This document shows positions 15,961 to 23,446 of a DNA stretch of 36,863 nucleotides, one piece after another. Position 1 is the first letter of the stretch; every line of letters begins with the position of its first letter. The translations under genes and the position numbers were made by a program. The stretch spans positions 1 through 36,863 of the forward strand of contig JAUXUZ010000472.1 in the NCBI GenBank assembly GCA_030680655.1, given 5' to 3'. The notes below the pieces were generated by a model. The model did not search any database. It worked only from the letters and a program-made list of their open reading frames with translations, and was not told the origin of the DNA. Source of the DNA: Phycisphaerales bacterium. Lineage in GTDB: Bacteria > Planctomycetota > Phycisphaerae > Phycisphaerales > UBA1924.

Positions 15961-16641
15961 GTGCCCAGCATGATGAGAAGACTGACAACCACGCTGATCG
16001 GCCCGCGCGTGCCCGTTGAAGAGCTCCGCGCTCACAAGCTCCGCTACGCCACGCCGACGGTTGTGTTCATGCTGGCCCGCCTGATGCTGCTGGTCTCGAT
16101 CTTCCTGCCGTACTGGCACATGGAGCTCGACGCGCCGCAGTACCCCAAGGGCCTGCAGATCACCGCGTACGTCAACCACCTTGAGGGTGACGTGAAGGAG
16201 ATCGACGGCCTGAACCACTACATCGGGATGCGCCCGATCGAACAGGCCGCGGCGTTTGAGCGGGCCTCCGCTGTGTGGGTGATGATCGCGATGGTCCTCC
16301 TGGTTGAGGGCGCGGCCTTCGTGCACAGCAAGTGGGCGGTGCTCCTGGCGGTTCCGGCGGTGCTTTTCCCCGCCGGCTTCCTCCTTGACCTTCGGTTCTG
16401 GCTGACGACGTTCGGGCAGAACCTCGATCCGTCGGCGCCGCTCTCGGCGGCTGTCAAGCCGTTCACGCCGACCGTCCTTGGTGACGGCGGGATCGGGCAG
16501 TTCCACACCTACTCGTACATGGGGTGGGGGCTCTGGCTGGCGTTTGGGTGCTCGGTCATGACCATCGTCGGCTTCGTGTTTCACCGGCACGCCTACCGGC
16601 CGCTCGCCCTGAAGGCCCGCAAAGGAACATCGAGCCAGTGA
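15961..16641 (+). CDS. nosB: Polytopic membrane protein in the nosB position of clade II nos clusters
   Basis: Immediately downstream of nosZ, with several TM helices (VVFMLARLMLLVSIFLPYW, AVWVMIAMVLLVEGAAF, VLLAVPAVLFPAGFLL, GLWLAFGCSVMTIVGFVF). The call rests on synteny with published clade II clusters. GTG 15961 has GGAG 6 nt upstream; TTG 15949 and ATG 15970 are alternatives. Confidence 0.65.
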   Translation: MPSMMRRLTTTLIGPRVPVEELRAHKLRYATPTVVFMLARLMLLVSIFLPYWHMELDAPQYPKGLQITAYVNHLEGDVKEIDGLNHYIGMRPIEQAAAFERASAVWVMIAMVLLVEGAAFVHSKWAVLLAVPAVLFPAGFLLDLRFWLTTFGQNLDPSAPLSAAVKPFTPTVLGDGGIGQFHTYSYMGWGLWLAFGCSVMTIVGFVFHRHAYRPLALKARKGTSSQ

Positions 16642-18056
16642 GCACGCGCCTCTCCATCCTGATCGTTGCCGTGGGGTTGTCCCCGGCACTCCCCTGCGCG
16701 GCGGAGCCCGACCCGCACACGGCGGCCCCGGCGAAGCGCCAGGCCGCTGCTGGCCCGGTCAACACCGGCGTGATCGGCATGCGGATCGCGGCCGCCCGCG
16801 ACGGTGACACCGTGGAGATCGGGCCCGGCATCTACCGCGAGCACATCCGCATCGACCGCTCCATCCGCCTTGTCGGGCGGGGTGGCCCGGTGATCGACGG
16901 CGGCGGCAGCGGTGACATCATCGAGATCGTCGCCCCCGGCGTGGTGCTGCGGGGGTTCACGATCCGAGGGACGGGCATCGACCTTGACCAGGAGAACGCC
17001 GCGGTGCGGGCCACAGCCGCGGGGGCGGTGATCGAGGACAACACGCTCGAGGATGTGCTCTTTGGCATCGACCTGCGCGAAGCGCCCGGCAGCGTCGTGC
17101 GGGGGAACCGCATCGGCGGCAAGAAACTGGACATCGCGCGGCGCGGCGACGGGCTGCGGCTCTGGCGGTGCGACGGAGCGCTGATCGAGAACAACACCGT
17201 GCACGACGGGCGCGACTCGATCCTCTGGTACTCCAAGGGCATCACCGTCCGTGGCAACACCGGGCGCGACTGCCGCTACGGGCTGCACCTGATGTTCAGC
17301 GACGGCGTGACGATCGAGAACAACCTCTTTGCCAACAACTCGGTCGGCATCTACCTGATGTACACCTCCGGCGTGAACATCAGCGGCAACACGCTCTACC
17401 GCAACCGCGGGCCGAGCGGCTACGGCATCGGGCTCAAGGAGACCGACCGCTTCACCGTGACGGGGAACCGCATCTCGGCCAACCGCGTCGGCGTCTACAT
17501 CGACGGGTCGCCGTTCACCGCGGCGCAGCCGGGCGACTTCCACCGCAACACGATCGCCTACAACGACATCGGCTTCACCTTCCTGCCGTCGGCGCGCAAC
17601 AACGAGCTGTACGAAAACAACTTCATCGACAACATCGATCAGGTTTCCGTCGCCGGGCGGGGGTCGCTGGAAGCGAACCGCTTCTGGAAGGGTGAGCGCG
17701 GCAACTACTGGAGCGACTACACCGGGTACGACCAGAACGGCGACGGCGTCGGCGACTTCATCCACGAGTCGTGGACGCTCTTTGAGAACATGGTGGACCG
17801 CGAGCCGAAACTGCGGCTCTTCCTCTTCAGCCCCGCGCAGCAGGCCGTCGAGTTCGTCGGGCGTGCCCTGCCGTCGGTCCGTCCGGAACCCAAGTTCATC
17901 GACGAGGTCCCGCTGATGCGCCCCGTGCCCCTTCCGGCGGACGTCTACGCGTCAACCCCTTCCGCCGCTTCACTCGGCGCGCTCGCCGTCGGGCTGCTGC
18001 TGAGCGGCGGCGCGATCGTGGGTGCCGCGGGCGGGAGATTCGGAGGTCCAAAGTGA
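16638..18056 (+). CDS. nosD: Nitrous-oxide reductase maturation protein NosD (periplasmic parallel beta-helix)
   Basis: GTG 16638 overlaps the nosB stop (GTGA). Signal-like STRLSILIVAVGLSPALPCAA. Repeated beta-helix turns: NNTVHDGRDSILWYSKGITVRGN, NNSVGIYLMYTSGVNISGNTLYRNRG and GNRISANRVGVYIDGS. Confidence 0.9.
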   Translation: MSTRLSILIVAVGLSPALPCAAEPDPHTAAPAKRQAAAGPVNTGVIGMRIAAARDGDTVEIGPGIYREHIRIDRSIRLVGRGGPVIDGGGSGDIIEIVAPGVVLRGFTIRGTGIDLDQENAAVRATAAGAVIEDNTLEDVLFGIDLREAPGSVVRGNRIGGKKLDIARRGDGLRLWRCDGALIENNTVHDGRDSILWYSKGITVRGNTGRDCRYGLHLMFSDGVTIENNLFANNSVGIYLMYTSGVNISGNTLYRNRGPSGYGIGLKETDRFTVTGNRISANRVGVYIDGSPFTAAQPGDFHRNTIAYNDIGFTFLPSARNNELYENNFIDNIDQVSVAGRGSLEANRFWKGERGNYWSDYTGYDQNGDGVGDFIHESWTLFENMVDREPKLRLFLFSPAQQAVEFVGRALPSVRPEPKFIDEVPLMRPVPLPADVYASTPSAASLGALAVGLLLSGGAIVGAAGGRFGGPK

Positions 18057-18949
18057 TCAGCATCCAGGGTGTTACTAAACGGTTCGGTCGCTCGACGGTA
18101 CTCACCGACGTCTCGCTCGACGTGCTCGGCGGTGGCAGCGTTGCCTTCTGGGGCGCCAACGGTGCCGGCAAATCGACGCTGCTCCGCTGCGTGCTGGGGC
18201 TGCTGCGCTTCGACGGGCGGATCACCGTTGGCGGCCACGACGTTCTCCGGGCCGGCAAGCACGCGCGCATGCTGATCGGCTACGTCCCGCAGGAGCTGGG
18301 CTTCTACGACGACCTGCGCGTCGACGAGGCCGTCCGCTACTTCGCCCGGCTCAAGGGCATCGCGCCGCGGTCGGTTGATGCCGTGTTGGTCGGGGTCGGG
18401 CTGCCCGGCCAGGGGCGCAAGCGCATCCGCGAACTCTCGGGCGGGATGAAGCAGCGGCTGGCGCTCGCCGTCGCGATGCTTGGCGATCCGCCGGTGCTGG
18501 TGCTCGACGAGGTCACCGCGAGCCTCGACGCGTGCGGCCGGGGCGAGTTCGTCTCGCTGCTGTCGCGTCTGTCGGGCACGGGGCGCACGCTGTTGTTCGC
18601 CTCGCACAGGGTTGAGGAGATTGCCGCGCTCGCCGAACGGGTTGTTGTTCTCGAGCGGGGGAAGATCGAGACCGTGACGCGGGCGAGCGACTTCAGCGGT
18701 CACCTCGGCGCTGACAGCACGCTGCACCTGACGATCCGTGCCGATGCTCGCGATTCGGCCGCGGCGGTGCTCAGGAGCGGCGGCTTCGCGCCGCGCCACA
18801 ACGGCGTTGGCCTGCTCGTGCCGGTCCGGTCCGAGCACAAGGCCGCCCCGTTCCGTCTGCTGGCCGATGCGAGCATCGCGATCGATGACTTCGAGCTTCT
18901 CACGGCGCGCAGCACGCCCGGGCACGCGCACACGGAGGTCCACTCATGA
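18053..18949 (+). CDS. nosF: NosF, ABC transporter ATP-binding protein
   Basis: Walker A GANGAGKST, signature LSGGMKQRLALAVAML, Walker B VLVLDEVTASLD. GTGA overlap with nosD; GGAGG upstream. Confidence 0.9.
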   Translation: MISIQGVTKRFGRSTVLTDVSLDVLGGGSVAFWGANGAGKSTLLRCVLGLLRFDGRITVGGHDVLRAGKHARMLIGYVPQELGFYDDLRVDEAVRYFARLKGIAPRSVDAVLVGVGLPGQGRKRIRELSGGMKQRLALAVAMLGDPPVLVLDEVTASLDACGRGEFVSLLSRLSGTGRTLLFASHRVEEIAALAERVVVLERGKIETVTRASDFSGHLGADSTLHLTIRADARDSAAAVLRSGGFAPRHNGVGLLVPVRSEHKAAPFRLLADASIAIDDFELLTARSTPGHAHTEVHS

Positions 18950-19824
18950 ACGCCACGATTGCAGCCGGCGCTGTGCGGACGGCGACGCCGCCGAGCTTCG
19001 GGTCGAACCTCGCAACGGTCGCTCAGCGTGAGCTGCGCGAAGCGGTACGGAGCCGCTGGTTTGTCCTGTACACCCTCGCGTTCGCGGTGCTCGGGCTGGG
19101 GGTGTCCTACGTGTCGGCCGCAGGTTCGGGCGGGTCCGGCCTGGCCGGGTTCGGTCGTACGACCGCCGGGCTGATCAACTTGGTGCTGCTGATCGTGCCG
19201 CTGATGGCCCTGACGGCGGGTGCAGCCTCGATCGCCTCGGACCGCGAGCGCGGGATGCTCGCGTACCTGCTGGCGCAGCCGGTGTCGCGCATCGAGCTGC
19301 TGCTGGGCAAGTACCTCGGGCTCGCCGCGGCGTTGTTCGCCAGCCTGTGCGTGGGCTTTGGCGTGTGCGCGGCCGTGCTCTCGTTCAAGGGCGAGGGGAC
19401 GCGCGTCGCGAGCCTTGTGTGGTTGATCGGCCTCTCGATGGGCCTTGCGCTCTCCACCCTGAGCGTCGGGGTGCTTCTCTCCGTGCTGGCCCGTAAGGCC
19501 TCCGCCGCCGTCGGCGCCGCCGTGTTCCTCTGGCTCACGCTGGTGTTCGTGACCGATCTGGGCCTCATGGCGGGCACGGTCGCGATGCGCCTGCGGGTCG
19601 AGCAACTCCTGGCGCTCAGCCTCGTCAACCCGCTGCAGGTGTTCAAGATGTGGTCGCTCCACGCGGTGGACGCGAACCTCGACGTGCTCGGACCGGCGGG
19701 TCTGTACGCCAGTGAGGAGTTCGGTGGACGCCTCCACGCGATCTTCGGTCTGTGCCTGGCGCTGTGGTCGGTCGTGCCCCTCGCGGTCGCCGCCGCGGTC
19801 TTCTCAAGGAGGTCACCGGTATGA
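18946..19824 (+). CDS. nosY: NosY, ABC-2 type permease
   Basis: Six predicted TM helices, the ABC-2 NosY-like N-terminus VAQRELREAVRSRWFVLYTLAF, and an ATGA overlap with nosF. Confidence 0.85.
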   Translation: MNATIAAGAVRTATPPSFGSNLATVAQRELREAVRSRWFVLYTLAFAVLGLGVSYVSAAGSGGSGLAGFGRTTAGLINLVLLIVPLMALTAGAASIASDRERGMLAYLLAQPVSRIELLLGKYLGLAAALFASLCVGFGVCAAVLSFKGEGTRVASLVWLIGLSMGLALSTLSVGVLLSVLARKASAAVGAAVFLWLTLVFVTDLGLMAGTVAMRLRVEQLLALSLVNPLQVFKMWSLHAVDANLDVLGPAGLYASEEFGGRLHAIFGLCLALWSVVPLAVAAAVFSRRSPV

Positions 19825-20321
19825 AACGCACCGGCTGTACGGCTGTCCTGCTCGCCGCGATCGCGATCCCGTCCTGCCAGCGGGCGCCACTTACGGGCCC
19901 TCCTGAGCTGCGCCTCGGGCGCGACATGTGTGCAGAGTGCGGGATGATCATCAGCGAGGACGCGTGCGCCAGCGCCACGCTGGTCGAGCGCGAGGGCGTG
20001 CGGGAGCACGCGCTGTTCGACGACATCGGGTGCATGCTCGACTATGCGAGCGAGCACGCCGGTTCACTTCAAACGGTCGAGTCGTTCGTGCGTGACTACA
20101 GCGAGCGAAGTTGGGCGTCGTCGTCGTCGTCGTGGTTCCTCCTGACCGATGGCGAGCACGTCAGAACGCCGATGGCGTCGGGGATCGTCGCCTTCGCAAC
20201 CAGCAGCGCCGCCCAGGCGGCGCAGGCCCGGTGGGGAGGGAAGGTTGTCCAGGAGGCTGACCTCCCGGCCGCCAGAGATGCGGTCCACCGTGAGCGCCAG
20301 GGGATCGGCGCGTCGCCGTGA
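19821..20321 (+). CDS. nosL: NosL copper-chaperone lipoprotein
   Basis: ATG 19821 overlaps the nosY stop (ATGA), with AAGGAGG at 19806-19812. Lipoprotein-type signal MKRTGCTAVLLAAIAIPSC. NosL-like DMCAECGMIISED...FDDIGCMLDY. Confidence 0.85.
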   Translation: MKRTGCTAVLLAAIAIPSCQRAPLTGPPELRLGRDMCAECGMIISEDACASATLVEREGVREHALFDDIGCMLDYASEHAGSLQTVESFVRDYSERSWASSSSSWFLLTDGEHVRTPMASGIVAFATSSAAQAAQARWGGKVVQEADLPAARDAVHRERQGIGASP

Positions 20322-20346
20322 GCGCCCGGGAGGTCTAGCGGTGTCG

Positions 20347-20369
20347 AAGATGCCGGATATCCTCATCCG
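20347..20369. promoter_or_regulatory. Candidate Rrf2/NsrR-type operator (11-1-11 layout with GATG/CATC cores)
   Basis: AAGATGCCGGA-T-ATCCTCATCCG. GATG and CATC occupy the same positions as in the E. coli NsrR half-site AAGATGCATTT that I remember. The centre is the palindrome GGATATCC. The site lies ~40 nt upstream of the Rrf2 gene. Confidence 0.25.
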
Positions 20370-20408
20370 CAATCGGGTGTTTCCCGATCGATCACCCAGG
20401 AGGCGTTC

Positions 20409-20861
20409 GTGATTTCACAGACGATCGAGTACGCGCTCAGAGCGATGGTGCACCTGGCGGGCCTGCCGCCCGAAAGCACGGCCAACAGCGAGACGATCGC
20501 CCTGCACACCAAGGTGCCGCAGGGGTACCTCTCGAAAGTGCTGCGCGACCTGGTCGTTGCCGAATTGATCGTTTCGCAGCGCGGGCCGAACGGTGGCTTC
20601 ACGCTGGCCCGCCCGGCGGGCAAGATCTCGATGCTCGACGTCGTCAACGCTGTTGACCCGCTCAAGCGCATCCGCCGCTGCCCCCTGGGCAACCCCGCGC
20701 ACATCAAGCTCTGCCCGATGCACCACCGGCTCGACAACGCGATGGACCTGGTCGAGAAGGAGTTCGGTTCGACAACGCTCTCAGAGGTCACCGCGTCAAA
20801 CGCCGGGGTCGCCGCGTGCAAAGGGGTGGTGAACCCCACACTCCGCGGCAAGAAGGTCTGA
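20409..20861 (+). CDS. Rrf2-family transcriptional regulator
   Basis: MISQTIEYALRAMVHLAG...ETIALHTKVPQGYLSKVLRDLVVAELIVSQRGPNGGFTLARP is the typical Rrf2 wHTH. Putative cluster ligands are C91, C102, H105/H106 and C137. AGGAGG upstream of GTG 20409. Confidence 0.9.
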   Translation: MISQTIEYALRAMVHLAGLPPESTANSETIALHTKVPQGYLSKVLRDLVVAELIVSQRGPNGGFTLARPAGKISMLDVVNAVDPLKRIRRCPLGNPAHIKLCPMHHRLDNAMDLVEKEFGSTTLSEVTASNAGVAACKGVVNPTLRGKKV

Positions 20862-20864
20862 GCA

Positions 20865-21206
20865 TCAAGGAACTGGCGAACGCTCCGGATCTGGGAAGTC
20901 GCGGTAGAGCGCGCTGACGAAGTCCGTCACCGCCGAGTAGACCGGCGCGTGGAGCCGCTCAACTTCGCCCGTGCGCGTCGCCACCGTGCTAAACGCCGCG
21001 TCGAGCTGCGCCAGATCGTCGGTGCTGACGACGATGTGGAACTCGCCGAGCCCCGCCGGCCCGAAGCCGAATTTCCGGCGCTCCAGCGTCCAGCGCTCGA
21101 TCTTGCCCTGCCCCTTCAGGAAATCCAGGTACGCCTCGACCGCGCCGGCAAACTCAAGGTCCTTGCGCCCGTCCTTCAGGTTGCACCACATGTGGTAATG
21201 GTTCAC
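20865..21206 (-). CDS. Small conserved-looking hypothetical protein (~113 aa)
   Basis: VNHYHMWCNLKDGRKDLEFAGAVEAYLDFLKGQGKIERWTLERRKFGFGPAGLGEFHIVV...ALYRDFPD, with native codon usage. Start moved to GTG 21206 (or ATG 21191) because the track start at 21248 lies inside the upstream terminator hairpin. Confidence 0.6.
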   Translation of the reverse strand: MNHYHMWCNLKDGRKDLEFAGAVEAYLDFLKGQGKIERWTLERRKFGFGPAGLGEFHIVVSTDDLAQLDAAFSTVATRTGEVERLHAPVYSAVTDFVSALYRDFPDPERSPVP

Positions 21207-21232
21207 GCCCGCAGCGTATCCAGCGCCCAAGT

Positions 21233-21258
21233 AAAAAACCCCCGGCACCGGCCGGGGG
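21233..21258 (-). terminator. Canonical rho-independent terminator for the CHRD gene
   Basis: On the minus strand, CCCCCGGC-CGGT-GCCGGGGG (8-bp GC stem, 4-nt loop) is followed directly by TTTTTT. It lies 26 nt after the CHRD stop. Confidence 0.75.
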
Positions 21259-21283
21259 TCTTGGAACTTCGTTCGGCCATGCT

Positions 21284-21748
21284 TTAGCGGCGACGACGCA
21301 GAGCCGCAGCGCCGGCGACCGCGAACAGCGCAGCCGCGCCGGGCGTGGGAACCTGGCCGCGGATCTCACCGCCGGGGAAAGTGTTGGTATGGATGTTGAT
21401 GTAGACGTTGTTGGCCATCAGGGCGGAGACAAACGCGGCGCTGGGCGTGGCAGATCCGACCGCCGCGTTTGTTCCAGTCTGGGCGAAGCCGATCGAAACC
21501 GGGCCGTTTGTTCCGGCAGGGGCGATGTGGAAGTGCGAGGCGGTGTAGGTCCCGACCAGCCCCGACCACTGAATGTCCCAGTCGAAGATGTTGGTCCCGG
21601 CGTTGTAGTTCAAGATCGCAAACCCGGTCGCGGGGCTCGCGTTCGGCGGAACCTCAGACAGCCCATCGAGCGTCACGGTCCAGGTTTGGGCCGAGCACAA
21701 GGAACCGGCGCAGGCGACGACGGCGGTGGCCAGCAGTGCGTATTTCAT
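21284..21748 (-). CDS. Secreted CHRD-domain protein with PEP-CTERM-type C-terminal sorting tail
   Basis: Signal MKYALLATAVVACAGSLCSAQ. CHRD-like SHFHIAPAGTNGPV...YINIHTNTFPGGEIRGQ. C-terminal VPTPGAAALFAVAGAAALRRRR (P-x-P, then a hydrophobic helix, then an Arg cluster). GAGGAGGG RBS. Confidence 0.85.
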   Translation of the reverse strand: MKYALLATAVVACAGSLCSAQTWTVTLDGLSEVPPNASPATGFAILNYNAGTNIFDWDIQWSGLVGTYTASHFHIAPAGTNGPVSIGFAQTGTNAAVGSATPSAAFVSALMANNVYINIHTNTFPGGEIRGQVPTPGAAALFAVAGAAALRRRR

Positions 21749-21894
21749 CGTGAACCCTCCTCAGCTTCGCCTGGGAGGGCACCCACATGGGCAACACCTC
21801 CAAGGCATAATGCAGAATCTACCGCGCGTTTCCGGACCAGGCGACCACAAAGGGCGAGATTCGTAGAGATTCTGGTCATTCGTCAGTATGGTGC

Positions 21895-21923
21895 TTGACA
21901 CACTACTGTGTCTGATGTAGAAT
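21895..21923 (+). promoter_or_regulatory. Near-consensus sigma70 promoter for padR (TTGACA-17-TAGAAT) with an overlapping inverted repeat
   Basis: TTGACA at 21895-21900, a 17-nt spacer, then TAGAAT at 21918-21923. The inverted repeat GACACA-CTAC-TGTGTC (21897-21912) overlaps the -35 and spacer. The GTG start at 21930 is only 6 nt after the -10. Confidence 0.55.
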
Positions 21924-21929
21924 TGTGCC

Positions 21930-22328
21930 GTGAACGAGTCCGCCCCCGATTCTGACCTCAGCAGCGGCCCTTTGGCCGATTCCATCAACGAAAAAGCCCA
22001 ACGTGACCTGGCGGTAGGTACCACGTGGCTGGTTGTGCTTGCCACGATCGCAAAGGCCTCGAGCCCCGTCCACGGCTACGAGATTGCGCGATCGCTCTCC
22101 CACGCCTCCCCACACGGCGTGGGGGTCAAGCACGGCACCTTGTACCCCATCCTCCGAACCATGGAGGCTGAGGGCCTGGTGACCAGCACACTCGTGCCAT
22201 CGACCCAGGGACCGGCCCGTCGGTGTTTCACCATCACACCGGCGGGCCGGGACACGTTGGGCGGCTGGATCGCCAGCTGGCGGTCCGTCCGTGGGCAGGT
22301 GGACGAACTTCTCGGAGGAATTCCATGA
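21930..22328 (+). CDS. PadR-family transcriptional regulator
   Basis: VHGYEIARSL...VKHGTLYPILRTMEAEGLVTS...RRCFTITPAGRDTL is the PadR wHTH signature. No closer in-frame ATG. No SD upstream of GTG 21930. Confidence 0.88.
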   Translation: MNESAPDSDLSSGPLADSINEKAQRDLAVGTTWLVVLATIAKASSPVHGYEIARSLSHASPHGVGVKHGTLYPILRTMEAEGLVTSTLVPSTQGPARRCFTITPAGRDTLGGWIASWRSVRGQVDELLGGIP

Positions 22329-23359
22329 CCGTTTCCGCTTCGCCGGACCCGCTCCCCCCTCGCGCAGCGGAGACTGCCGGTGGAACGCCCACCCAGGTGA
22401 TCAGCTATTACCTGTCGCAGTTGGCGGTCGCCGCGGCCGGCATGGATGCGGCCATGGTCAACGACATGCTCGCCGACGCGGAGCAGCACCTGTGGAACGC
22501 GGTAAGTGAGGGTGTGCCAGCGCATCGGGCGGTTGCTGAGTTTGGTGAGGCGGCCGATGTGGTCTGTGCGTACGTCGCTGCGGAACGGGGGCGGGGCAAG
22601 GGCCGTCAACCAACGCCGATCGTGGTGCCGATGCAGAGTGTCTCCGGTGGGGTGGCTCCGACTCGAGCCGAAACACCCCTGACAGGCTTCCGCGCTGTGC
22701 CGGTGCTTGGAATCTGGGCGGATCGGTACGCATGGGGTTCCATGGCGTTGTTCGTCTTTGGGTTCTTCCTTGCGATCGCGTACTTCGTCGTGGTCACCGC
22801 GTGGGGGTCGCTGGCGCTGGGCACGATGGCGATGATCATCGGTTTCCCGCTGCTGGTGGGCCTGCTTGGGTTCTGCCGCGTGGTCTCGCTCGCGCACGGG
22901 CGGTTGATCGAGGTCACAACGGGCGTGCGGATGCCGCGCCGGACAGCGCCGGTGGCGGGCACGGGGATGGCGTCATTCTGGGGGCGGATCGGCCTGTGGC
23001 TCAAGGACGGGCGGAGCTGGCTGAGCGTCGCGTTCCTGATCGGCAACTTCCCCGTGGCGGTGCTGCTGTTCACCGTCTTCTTCTCACTCGCGGCCCTGGC
23101 GAAGTCGCTGCTGTTCCTGCCGATCGCCGAGTTGTTCATGCCCGATCAGTGGTTTGAGGACGGGAACGGGTTCCACCTTGGGCCTTGGCAGGGCGGGCGT
23201 GTGCCCCCGTTGCTCGGCCTGCTGAGCATGGTGCTGGGCCTTGCGATCTTTACCGGCGCCCTGTGGCTGGCGAAAGGGTGCGGCTGGCTCTACGCCCAGG
23301 TGGCCAAGGCCATTCAGGTAACGCGACCAGTGCCTGTTGGCCCGGTACAGGTAGTGTGA
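22325..23359 (+). CDS. PadR-associated membrane protein: N-terminal DUF1700/HAAS-like helical domain plus two 2-TM 'sensor'-type hairpins
   Basis: ATG 22325 overlaps the padR stop (ATGA). VISYYLSQLAVAAAGMDAAMVNDMLADAEQHLWNAV...AVAEFGEAADVVCAY resembles DUF1700/HAAS. TM pairs: MALFVFGFFLAIAYFVVVTAWGSLALGTMAMIIGFPLLVGLLGF and WLSVAFLIGNFPVAVLLFTVFFSLAAL. Confidence 0.75.
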   Translation: MTVSASPDPLPPRAAETAGGTPTQVISYYLSQLAVAAAGMDAAMVNDMLADAEQHLWNAVSEGVPAHRAVAEFGEAADVVCAYVAAERGRGKGRQPTPIVVPMQSVSGGVAPTRAETPLTGFRAVPVLGIWADRYAWGSMALFVFGFFLAIAYFVVVTAWGSLALGTMAMIIGFPLLVGLLGFCRVVSLAHGRLIEVTTGVRMPRRTAPVAGTGMASFWGRIGLWLKDGRSWLSVAFLIGNFPVAVLLFTVFFSLAALAKSLLFLPIAELFMPDQWFEDGNGFHLGPWQGGRVPPLLGLLSMVLGLAIFTGALWLAKGCGWLYAQVAKAIQVTRPVPVGPVQVV

Positions 23360-23362
23360 AGT

Positions 23363-23386
23363 GGCCGTGGCGGCCCGGCCGCGGCC
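23363..23386 (+). terminator. GC-rich hairpin after the PadR module (weak terminator candidate)
   Basis: GGCCGTGGC-GGCCCG-GCCGCGGCC: 9 bp including one G.U pair, with no U tract. Confidence 0.25.
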
Positions 23387-23446
23387 GACCCCTAGTGTAG
23401 GTGGAATCGCTCAACCGCTTGATTGCGTAGTGGGTTGGAGGTCGGC

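Noticed and set aside
13763-15988. 741-aa minus-strand ORF covering all of nosZ
   Set aside because: It is an antisense shadow ORF with R/A/G/V/L/D-rich composition and no motifs. The plus strand encodes NosZ with all signature motifs. The same reasoning rejects 7358-8842(-), 3861-5636(+), 5521-6741(-), 16593-17765(-), 17945-18943(-), 18700-19737(-), 25491-26921(-), 31007-32410(-), 10843-11859(-), 24658-25578(-), 29566-30450(-), 33712-34446(-) and 35368-36192(-).
20118-20132. (TCG)5 trinucleotide repeat in nosL as a possible phase-variation tract
   Set aside because: Slippage by whole units stays in frame and only changes a poly-Ser linker (ASSSSSW). Five units is short, so an on/off switch is unlikely.
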